Shown here: piece after piece, positions 56,308 through 64,000 of the stretch | How the letters are laid out: each line of letters begins with the position of its first letter | Position numbering within the stretch: the stretch's first letter is position 1 | Source: Lachnospiraceae bacterium | Lineage (GTDB): Bacteria; Bacillota; Clostridia; Lachnospirales; Lachnospiraceae | Assembly (NCBI GenBank): GCA_028692975.1 | Contig: JAQUWF010000006.1 | Coordinates: 5,363-69,362, forward strand | DNA: 64,000 nt | Direction: 5' to 3' | The notes under the pieces: generated by a model | What the model was told of the DNA's origin: nothing | Seen by the model: only the letters and a program-made list of their open reading frames with translations | Database searches by the model: none | Program-made: the position numbers and the translations under genes

Positions 56308-56321
56308 GAAAGGAAATAAAA

Positions 56322-56987
56322 ATGAAAAAAATAATTCCCATCCTGCAAAATTGCGCCCTGTTTTCCGGCATTAACGACGATGAACTCCTTCCCATGCTGA
56401 AATGCCTCGCCGCCACAGAGTCTTCTTATAAAAAGAATCAGTTCATTTATCACATGGGCGACTGCATCGAATGTCTTGGTCTGGTCACCTCCGGCAGTGT
56501 GTCCGTGATCCAGGAAGATTTCTGGGGAAACCGCAACATCGTTTCCAAGATACTGCCCGGACAGCTTTTTGCAGAAACCTACGCCTGCTCCCCGCACATT
56601 CCCATGAAAGTAAGTGTGCTCACCGACGAGGATACCACCGTACTGTTCCTCAACGCCAGCCGGATTCTGACCGCCTGCCCCTCCTCCTGCACCTTCCACA
56701 GCCGCCTCATCCGCAACCTGGTCTCTACCATGGCCCAGAAAAACCTTATGATGAACGAAAAAATATCCCATGTAACCCAGCGCACCACCCGGGAAAAACT
56801 GCTGTCTTACTTCTCCACCATGGCATTAAAAAAAGGAACCTCAACATTTGAGATTCCTTTTAATCGCCAGCAGCTAGCCGACTATCTTTCGGTAGACCGC
56901 AGTGCCATGTCCAACGAACTGGGCAAACTGCACCGGGAGGGTCTGTTGGAGTTCCGTAAAAATCAGTTTACTCTGCTGCTTCAATAG
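56322..56987 (+). CDS. Crp/Fnr family transcriptional regulator (HcpR-like by context)
   Basis: cNMP-binding-like N-domain (ALFSGINDDELL) and C-terminal HTH (TREKLLSYF...QQLADYLSVDRSAMSNELGKL). Start set at ATG 56322. Confidence 0.85.
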   Translation: MKKIIPILQNCALFSGINDDELLPMLKCLAATESSYKKNQFIYHMGDCIECLGLVTSGSVSVIQEDFWGNRNIVSKILPGQLFAETYACSPHIPMKVSVLTDEDTTVLFLNASRILTACPSSCTFHSRLIRNLVSTMAQKNLMMNEKISHVTQRTTREKLLSYFSTMALKKGTSTFEIPFNRQQLADYLSVDRSAMSNELGKLHREGLLEFRKNQFTLLLQ

Positions 56988-58680
56988 CTTTCGTATCATC
57001 ACTCAGCAGATAGTCGCTGAGGTTCGCCGGTCTCTGTACCACATCCAGCAGGTTCACGCAGCAGTTGCCCATTCGGTCGATGCTGTGGATCATCTTGTTA
57101 AACGGAGCCGTAAGTTTAGAAGAACATTTGCCCTTTCCCACACGATTCACGTGGGCAATACGCATATTCATGTCCAGATCCATGATCTTTTCTTTCCGCT
57201 TGGCAACCTTCTTGGCATTCTCCACATCACCAGTCGCCATAATATTCATGGTGTCTGTGTACATATTGTCAATAAGATCCAGGCTCTTCTCCAGATCCTT
57301 CATAGCCTCCTTGGAATATTTATACTGCATTTCCATCTTGTCTTCCATGGAGCTGGAGACCTCTCTGCAAAGTGCCGCGATACGGTCCACATCACTTAAT
57401 ACATACATAATGCTGGAGGTCTGGTTCGCCTGCTCCTCGGTCAGCATACCGGAAGCAAACAGTTCCGCCATATAATCGGTAATCTTCTCATTCAGGCTCC
57501 GCTCCTTGTTCGCCATTTCACGAACCGCCTCGATCTGTTCCTTCGTCTCCTCCTGAACAGCCACTTTCAGTTCACGTAACACGTCATGTGCCACTTCGCT
57601 GCAGTGTACCACTTCTTTCGCAACCAGCTGAAGCGCTGCGGTAGGCTGCACGATCAGTTTAGAATCCAGGTATTTCGGCTCCGCGATATCCAGAACCACA
57701 TCTTTTCCATTCGGAATAATCTTCATAACGATCTTAACCATCAGCCAGATCAGCGGAATCCAGATCAGCGTCATGGTAATGTTGAATAGAGTATGTGCAT
57801 TTGCAATCTGTCTGGAAATCACTTCGATCTCCGGCCCCTTTGTGGTAATCCACTGGATCAGTGCCGCAAAAGGCTTGATCAGCCAGATAAAGATCAGGCA
57901 TCCTGAAATGTTAAAAATACAGTGAGCAACTGCCGTTCTCTTCGCATCTTTCGGCTGTCCTACGCTGGCCAGCAATGCGGTGATCGTCGTACCGATGTTA
58001 TCGCCAAGAAGGATGGGGATGGCACCGGTCAGTCCAATGATACTGGTCACGCCGTCCGGTCCCGCCTGGGAGGCGAAATTCTGCAAGACTGCAATGGTGG
58101 CACTGCTGCTCTGTACCACAAGAGTCATGAGCGTACCAACCGCAACACCCAGAACAGGGATATCTGCAACACGCTCGATCATGCTTGTAAAGATCGGGCT
58201 GGAAGCCAGCGGTTTCATAACACTTCCCATAGTCTCGATACCAAGGAAGAGCAGACCGAAAGCAAAAATGGTCTGGCCAATGTTTTTCACACGCTCATTC
58301 TTTGCAATAAATCCGATAATAAAACCGATAAAAATAATAATATAAATATAATCGCTTAATTTGAATGCGATGATCTGTGCGGTCATGGTAGTACCAATAT
58401 TCGCACCAAGGATAATGGAAATAGCCTGCGGCAGACTCATAAGTCCTGCACTTACGAAACCGATGGCCATAACGGTGGTCGCACTGCTGCTCTGCAATAC
58501 AGCTGTAGTCAGCGCACCTGCCAGCACACCCAGGATCGGGTTCTTAGTCAGAAGCGCCAGAATCGTTTTCATTTTTTCTCCAGCCGCCTTCTGGAGACAT
58601 TCGCTCATCATATTCATCCCATAGATGAAAACCGCCAGACCACCCAGCAAGCCAAAAATAATTTGTAATGTACTGTTCAT
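56968..58680 (-). CDS. Na/Pi cotransporter family protein with PhoU-like C-terminal domain
   Basis: Duplicated NptA-type membrane repeats (QSSSATT / QSSSATI) followed by a helical PhoU-like region. Start set at ATG 58680 (GAGGAGAG upstream). Confidence 0.88.
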   Translation of the reverse strand: MNSTLQIIFGLLGGLAVFIYGMNMMSECLQKAAGEKMKTILALLTKNPILGVLAGALTTAVLQSSSATTVMAIGFVSAGLMSLPQAISIILGANIGTTMTAQIIAFKLSDYIYIIIFIGFIIGFIAKNERVKNIGQTIFAFGLLFLGIETMGSVMKPLASSPIFTSMIERVADIPVLGVAVGTLMTLVVQSSSATIAVLQNFASQAGPDGVTSIIGLTGAIPILLGDNIGTTITALLASVGQPKDAKRTAVAHCIFNISGCLIFIWLIKPFAALIQWITTKGPEIEVISRQIANAHTLFNITMTLIWIPLIWLMVKIVMKIIPNGKDVVLDIAEPKYLDSKLIVQPTAALQLVAKEVVHCSEVAHDVLRELKVAVQEETKEQIEAVREMANKERSLNEKITDYMAELFASGMLTEEQANQTSSIMYVLSDVDRIAALCREVSSSMEDKMEMQYKYSKEAMKDLEKSLDLIDNMYTDTMNIMATGDVENAKKVAKRKEKIMDLDMNMRIAHVNRVGKGKCSSKLTAPFNKMIHSIDRMGNCCVNLLDVVQRPANLSDYLLSDDTKAIEAAE

Positions 58681-58864
58681 ATCTCTCTCCTCGCCCAACC
58701 GTTCCTTTTCGTAGTTTGCGTATTTCCTCATTCTGCAATTCACAATACAGGAAAAATGAAAAATCCAAATGAGATATGCGTAAAATCTATGTTAAATATT
58801 GATTATTTTTACCACTTATATTGAGAAATACTACTCAAAACGAGTTAAATGAATGTTAAGCACA

Positions 58865-58907
58865 CGAAAAAAGAAGCAAAACCCCAGCCAATGGATTCCT
58901 GCTTCTT
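58865..58907 (-). terminator. orphan intrinsic-terminator-like hairpin inside a 470-bp intergenic region
   Basis: Minus strand: AAGAAGCA ... TGCTTCTT (8-bp stem, 21-nt loop) followed by TTTTCG. It lies 185 nt upstream of the Na/Pi transporter start. Confidence 0.4.
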
Positions 58908-59125
58908 ATGTGTCTTTTTACATGCATTTAATCATTCGAAAGAAATTCCACCTTCAATCTCTTCCTATAATAATCTATAAATTTTTTAACCATCACCTGT
59001 CCCCGAACAGGCATCAGGTACTGTCCTTTTCGCTCTTTTGCTTTATGGGATATATCCTATATTATCAAGTAATGTAATTAGGAAATCATAAAAACCTATT
59101 TAGGAAAAATCGGTTGGACCCAACC

Positions 59126-59177
59126 AGAAAAACACCTCCTTGTAGATTTGGTTCATTCCTTTGTCTACTTAGGAGGT
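59126..59177 (-). terminator. intrinsic terminator after aspA
   Basis: Minus strand: ACCTCCTaaGTAGA ... TCTACaaGGAGGT (7+5 bp stem) followed by GTTTTTCT. Confidence 0.6.
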
Positions 59178-59214
59178 ATTCTATCATTGCATACTGCTTT
59201 TCCAGATACCTTTT

Positions 59215-60660
59215 TTACTTAAACAGCAATTCCTTCCCGGAAATCCCCGGTTCTGTCATATGTATGGGATCTAGTATCTGATCTAATTCTTTTTCATTCA
59301 GTAGTTTTTCTTCCAATATAAGAGTTCGCACCGACTCACCCGTCTTGATTGCTTTTTTTGCAATATCGGCCGCCTTTTGATAGCCAACATGAGGACAAAT
59401 CGCAGTGATGATCCCAACGCTGTTCTCCACCAGGTATTTGCATCTGGTCTCATTTGCCGTGATACCGGAAACACAATTGTCCACAAATGTGGATACCGCA
59501 TATGCCAACGTATCGATTGACTGGAACATACAGTAAAAGATGATTGGTTCAAATGCATTCAGTTCCAACTGGCCGGCCTCGGCCGCCATGGTAATCGTCA
59601 TATCGTTTCCGATTATGTTAAAAGCCACCTGATTGACCACTTCTGGAATAACCGGATTAATTTTCCCCGGCATGATCGATGAGCCATTTTGTTTTGCCGG
59701 AAGATTGATTTCATAGAACCCGGCCCTGGGTCCAGATGACATGAGTCGAAGGTCATTCGCGATTTTGCTCAAAGTAACCGCACATGCTTTGACCGAACCA
59801 GACACCGCAACAAAAGAATCCAGATTTTGCGTTGAGTCAATCAAATCAAACGCCTGAACAAACTGCATATCAGATATTTCGTTCAAGTTTGGCACGACTC
59901 TCTGCAAATATCGCTCATCTGCGTTCAAACCAGTTCCCACAGCAGTTCCGCCCATATTTAGCGTCCGCATCTCATCCATGGCCTTCTCCATGCGATGAAT
60001 ATCGCGCATGACGGCAACGGAATATGCCTTGAATTCCTGTCCAAGACGGATAGGAACCGCATCCTGCATCTGGGTTCTTCCCATTTTAATAATGTGATCG
60101 AACTCTTTTGCTTTTTCACACAGGGCTTCATGAAGGCGAAGCAGTTCTCTTTTTAATTTCTTCAACAGTCTAAGTGATGTCATTTTGCCCGCAGTAGGGA
60201 TCACATCATTGGTAGACTGCCCATAATTGACGTGATCATTAGGATTGACGATTGTATAATCTCCCTTGATTCCACCCAGAATCTCAATTGCACGGTTTGC
60301 AATCACTTCATTTGCATTCATATTCAAAGATGTTCCAGCACCGCCCTGTATTGGATCCACGATAAAATCCTCATGGAATTGTCCGGCAATAATTTCATCG
60401 CACGCCTGCACAATGGCACTTGTCACATTTTTTTCAAGAAGACCTGCCTCACAATTTGTGATAGCAGCAGCCTTTTTAATATATGCCAGACTGTTGATGA
60501 TTTCCGGATGCATGGCAAGGCCCGTAATATGAAAATTCTCTGCTGCACGCAAGGATTGAACTCCATAATACACCTCTCCAGGGACATCCTTTTTACCTAT
60601 GGAGTCCCTTTCTGTACGATACTTTTCAGGCCCCGTTTCTTTGATATCTGTTTTTACCAT
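59215..60660 (-). CDS. aspA: aspartate ammonia-lyase (class II fumarase/aspartase family)
   Basis: GSSIMPGKINP signature loop and an aspartase-like N-terminus (TERDSIGKKDVPGEVYYGVQSLRAAENF). Start set at ATG 60660 (GGGAGA upstream). Confidence 0.85.
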   Translation of the reverse strand: MVKTDIKETGPEKYRTERDSIGKKDVPGEVYYGVQSLRAAENFHITGLAMHPEIINSLAYIKKAAAITNCEAGLLEKNVTSAIVQACDEIIAGQFHEDFIVDPIQGGAGTSLNMNANEVIANRAIEILGGIKGDYTIVNPNDHVNYGQSTNDVIPTAGKMTSLRLLKKLKRELLRLHEALCEKAKEFDHIIKMGRTQMQDAVPIRLGQEFKAYSVAVMRDIHRMEKAMDEMRTLNMGGTAVGTGLNADERYLQRVVPNLNEISDMQFVQAFDLIDSTQNLDSFVAVSGSVKACAVTLSKIANDLRLMSSGPRAGFYEINLPAKQNGSSIMPGKINPVIPEVVNQVAFNIIGNDMTITMAAEAGQLELNAFEPIIFYCMFQSIDTLAYAVSTFVDNCVSGITANETRCKYLVENSVGIITAICPHVGYQKAADIAKKAIKTGESVRTLILEEKLLNEKELDQILDPIHMTEPGISGKELLFK

Positions 60661-60697
60661 ACCAACATCTCCCATATAATACATCTTAACGAATACC

Positions 60698-62095
60698 CTA
60701 CAATCCTATATTTCGTAGGAATGTCAAATATCCCATATATGCCTCATATACATCTACTTTGCTTACAAGTTCCCACGGGGCATGCATGTTGTGCACTGCA
60801 ACTCCACTGTCAATAACTTCCATGCCGTATTTTGCCATGATAAAGGCAATGGTTCCGCCGCCGCCCTGGTCTACTTTGCCAAGCTCACAGGTCTGCCAGG
60901 AAACATGTTCTGCATCCAGCACTTTTCTGATTTCTGCCAGGTACTCCGCATTTGCATCGTTGGATCCGCTCTTTCCACCCGATCCTGTGAATTTATTAAA
61001 GCACAATCCATTTCCAAGATAGGCCGCATTTTTCTTTTCCATTACATCTGGATAGTTTGGATCAAATGCAGCGCTGACATCGGAAGAGAGCATTTTGGAA
61101 TTTGCCAAAGCACGACGAAGACCAATCTCTGTATACGTGCCTGTAGCATTCATCAATTCCGCCACTGTATTCTCAAAAAATCTTGACTGCATTCCAGTAG
61201 CACCCACACTACCAATTTCTTCCTTATCCACCAAAAGGCATAGGACTGTTCTTTCAGGTACAGGCTCCTTTGATTCCCCCAGGTCAAATACTGCTTTCAT
61301 GGATGGATAGGCGCATACTCGGTCATCGTGTCCGTATCCCATGATCATGCTTCTGTCAAATCCGTAATCTCTGGCTGCTCCAGCCGGGACAATCTCAATT
61401 TCTGCTGAAAGAAAATCTTCTTCTTCAAAGCCATATTTCTCTTTGATAATCTGAAGAATTGCTTTTTTCACAGGTTCTTTTTCGTCTAAAGAAGGAATAT
61501 TTCCCACATTCAGGTTCAGATCCTCTCCTTCAACAACAACCTTTCCCTTTTTATCCAACTGAGTGGCAGAGAGATGAACCAGCAAATCAGACACACCAAA
61601 TACCGGATCATGTTCATCCTCACCCACAGATATGGTGATAATCGTTCCATCCTTTTTTGCTACCACACCATGCATTGCCAATGGAAGTGCCGTCCACTGG
61701 TATTTTTTCACACCTCCATAATAATGGGTATCCAGCATGGCAAGACCGCCGTCCTCATACAACGGATTTTGTTTCAGGTCTAGCCTGGGGGAATCAATAT
61801 GTGCACCAAGAATTGTCATTCCCTTTTCCATAGAAGCCTTTCCAACTATGAATATAGCTAGGGCCTTCCCCATACAGTTGGCATATACTTTGTCCCCAGC
61901 CTGGAGAATCTGTCCGTTTTCAATTATATCAGAAAGATTTTTATACCCCAGTTTTTCCGCCTGTGAAATTGCTTCTGTCACGCATTCTCTTTCCGTCTTA
62001 CACTTTGAAAGAAATGCTTTATAGCCTTCGTTAAAGAAAAATATTTCCTTTTTCCCGGCCTCATCATACTTTAGCCATGCACTTTTTGTTTCCAT
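60698..62095 (-). CDS. M18 family aminopeptidase
   Basis: 465-aa ORF. HIDSPRLD, DKEEIGS and HNMHAP motifs are typical of M18/aminopeptidase 1. Confidence 0.8.
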   Translation of the reverse strand: METKSAWLKYDEAGKKEIFFFNEGYKAFLSKCKTERECVTEAISQAEKLGYKNLSDIIENGQILQAGDKVYANCMGKALAIFIVGKASMEKGMTILGAHIDSPRLDLKQNPLYEDGGLAMLDTHYYGGVKKYQWTALPLAMHGVVAKKDGTIITISVGEDEHDPVFGVSDLLVHLSATQLDKKGKVVVEGEDLNLNVGNIPSLDEKEPVKKAILQIIKEKYGFEEEDFLSAEIEIVPAGAARDYGFDRSMIMGYGHDDRVCAYPSMKAVFDLGESKEPVPERTVLCLLVDKEEIGSVGATGMQSRFFENTVAELMNATGTYTEIGLRRALANSKMLSSDVSAAFDPNYPDVMEKKNAAYLGNGLCFNKFTGSGGKSGSNDANAEYLAEIRKVLDAEHVSWQTCELGKVDQGGGGTIAFIMAKYGMEVIDSGVAVHNMHAPWELVSKVDVYEAYMGYLTFLRNIGL

Positions 62096-62151
62096 ATTTT
62101 GTCATCCTCTTTTCTGCTTCCATATAAGTCCCGCGCTATGCTGTTGCATAT

Positions 62152-63471
62152 TTATCCTTGCTTCAAAGTAATTTCAACCACTGTGTCCATGTCGTCTGGC
62201 AAAGGATAACAGTCAAAGGCACGAGAGTCGAAGAAGAAAAATGCATCATCTGCATATTCTTTAAGATTCCAGAAGAAAGATTCCTTCACTTCTGTACCAT
62301 CTTTGATCAGACGCATGGATTCCACTTTTCCAGCCATCTTCGACAGACAGATCGCTCCAACCTGTTCTTCGAAGACATGGGCATACAGTTTGTTTCCTTT
62401 CTGAGTAAATCTTCCCCATTCCGGTTTTGTATATTCCGAGAACGTACAGCCATAGATGCTCTTTCCATTCTGCTTCATCCATGTTCCTACTTCTTTTAAT
62501 ATGGCAACAGACTCCTCCGGAATTTCTCCCTTGCTGTTGGGTCCCACATTAAGAATCAGATTGCCACCTTTGCTTACGCACTCAACAAGGGTACGAACCA
62601 CCAGTTTTGGCGATTTATAATGTTTGTCGTGGGCGCTGTAGCCCCAGTTCGTATTTAAGGTAATGCACGCTTCCCAGGGAATTGGATTGCCTGCAACGTC
62701 ACAGATACATGCCGGCGGAATCATCTGCTCCGGTGAAGCAAAGTCTCCAGAATACGGCGTTGGATCCAGGGTTCTGATAGAGCCTGCATCTTCCGCACTT
62801 CCCTCCAGACGATTATCAATTACAATATGTGGCTGGATGCTCCGAACCATCTCGATGAGTTCAGCCGCCTTCCATTTGTCACATTTCATAATGTCGTAAG
62901 AAAAATCAAACCACATCAAATCCAGTTTTCCATAGTTCGTCAGCAGCTCTTTGACCTGTCCCTGCATAAATTCCAGATAACGGTCAAAATCACGATTTTC
63001 ATTTCCACATTCTTCATGATTCCGCATTGGATGATGCATATCTCCATAATGTGGGAAATCTTCATGACGCCAGTCAATAAGAGAGAAATACAATCCCACC
63101 TTAATGCCCTCTGCCCGAAAAGCCTCCACATATTCCCTTACAAGATCCCTCTTGCAAGGCGCATTCATGGAGTTGAAATCTGTATATTCTGTATCAAAAA
63201 GACAGAATCCATCATGATGTTTCGCAGTCAGGACCGCATACTTCATGCCAGCCTCTTTTGCCAGTTTCGCCCATTCCTTTGGATTATAGTTTTCCGCATA
63301 AAATTCATTGGCAAATGGTTCATATTCTTCTTTTGCTAACTGCTCTGTACTGCGTACCCATTCACCTCTGGCCGGTATTGCATATAAGCCCCAGTGAATA
63401 AACATACCAAAGCGCGCGTCACGATACCATTCTGTTCTCTCTGTTCTTGCTTTTACTACAACACTTTCCAT
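62152..63471 (-). CDS. alpha-L-fucosidase, GH29
   Basis: WYRDARFGMFIHWGLYA and KHHDGFCLFD motifs. AAGGAGGT RBS. Confidence 0.9.
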   Translation of the reverse strand: MESVVVKARTERTEWYRDARFGMFIHWGLYAIPARGEWVRSTEQLAKEEYEPFANEFYAENYNPKEWAKLAKEAGMKYAVLTAKHHDGFCLFDTEYTDFNSMNAPCKRDLVREYVEAFRAEGIKVGLYFSLIDWRHEDFPHYGDMHHPMRNHEECGNENRDFDRYLEFMQGQVKELLTNYGKLDLMWFDFSYDIMKCDKWKAAELIEMVRSIQPHIVIDNRLEGSAEDAGSIRTLDPTPYSGDFASPEQMIPPACICDVAGNPIPWEACITLNTNWGYSAHDKHYKSPKLVVRTLVECVSKGGNLILNVGPNSKGEIPEESVAILKEVGTWMKQNGKSIYGCTFSEYTKPEWGRFTQKGNKLYAHVFEEQVGAICLSKMAGKVESMRLIKDGTEVKESFFWNLKEYADDAFFFFDSRAFDCYPLPDDMDTVVEITLKQG

Positions 63472-63499
63472 ATTTACCTCCTTTTTTCAAGCGAAAGGA

Positions 63500-64000
63500 T
63501 CAGCCCTTTACCGCTCCAATCATAACACCTTTGACAAAATACTTTTGCACAAATGGATAAATAACCAATACCGGAACAGATGCTACTACGATTGTTGAAT
63601 ACTTCAGAAGCTGGGTAAGTCCCTGAAGCTCCGACGCCGCCTTCACATCACTGATCATAGTAAAATCGACTTTGTTTTGTATGAGGATCTCACGCATGAC
63701 GATAGTTAACGGCTGCAATGCATCTTTTTTCAAATAAAGCATAGCATCAAAATAGCTGTTCCACTTGGCAACACCATAATATAAAACAAGGACCGCAATG
63801 ATTGGTTTGCATAATGGTATTACCACTTTCACAAGATATTTCCACGGTGTACATCCATCCAACTGGCCTGCTTCATAGAGCTCATCCGGAATAGAGTTTT
63901 GCATATAAGTTCTGCATATGATCATATTATACGTAGACATTGCTGTGGGGATAATCATTGCCCATGGAGTGTTGATCAGTCCCAGCTTGTTTACCAGAAT
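63500..64000 (-). CDS. carbohydrate ABC transporter permease (CUT1 family), C-terminal part; 5' end beyond the window
   Basis: The frame stays open from 63958 to the window edge (…ILVNKLGLINTPWAMIIPTAMS…). It contains the EAA-loop-like ELYEAGQLDGC motif. Confidence 0.8.
   Translation of the reverse strand: MLVNKLGLINTPWAMIIPTAMSTYNMIICRTYMQNSIPDELYEAGQLDGCTPWKYLVKVVIPLCKPIIAVLVLYYGVAKWNSYFDAMLYLKKDALQPLTIVMREILIQNKVDFTMISDVKAASELQGLTQLLKYSTIVVASVPVLVIYPFVQKYFVKGVMIGAVKG

Overview
This 64-kb chromosomal window comes from a spore-forming Firmicute. It is probably a Clostridia/Lachnospiraceae-type gut organism, inferred from gerA, spoIIR, a DUF3794-LysM gene and strong GGAGG ribosome-binding sites. 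Almost all genes are on the minus strand and most are housekeeping or carbohydrate genes.

Gene order, left to right:
- A partial ECF sigma factor.
- A tightly spaced same-strand string: fbp (class 3), a lone PduB-like microcompartment shell protein, a DUF853 ATPase and an alpha-amylase.
- Two tandem membrane-anchored polysaccharide deacetylase paralogs.
- murI, spoIIR and a gerA-type germinant receptor whose B and C parts lie in one ORF.
- GntR, ispE, DUF3794-LysM, PrcB, plsC, murF and ddl.
- A P-type cation ATPase behind a yybP-ykoY (Mn2+) riboswitch, then hicAB.
- An about 20-kb rare-sugar region: an als-like allose/allulose operon with rpiB, a second ribose-type ABC system with a D-lyxose isomerase, a ketose 3-epimerase, araD plus an FGGY kinase, and three LacI regulators with palindromic operators.
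- A YhaM-type cysteine desulfidase-like gene and hcp with its ferredoxin and a divergent Crp/Fnr regulator.
- A Na/Pi cotransporter, aspA, an M18 aminopeptidase, a GH29 fucosidase and a partial ABC permease.

No cas, integrase, transposase, reverse transcriptase or recognisable defence gene was seen. The unexplained signals are all non-coding:
1. A 1.24-kb array of 24.5 tandem 51-bp pyrimidine-rich units between hcp and the yhaM-like gene. Each unit carries a 12-13-nt inverted repeat.
2. A family of short MITE-like interspersed elements flanked by target-site-duplication-like direct repeats. In several copies they supply stop codons, C-terminal codons or a duplicated RBS.
3. Two long palindromic intergenic elements that share a conserved core of about 62 nt, with compensatory stem changes between the copies.

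All calls come from reading the sequence and the ORF track by eye. No database search, folding program or statistics was run.
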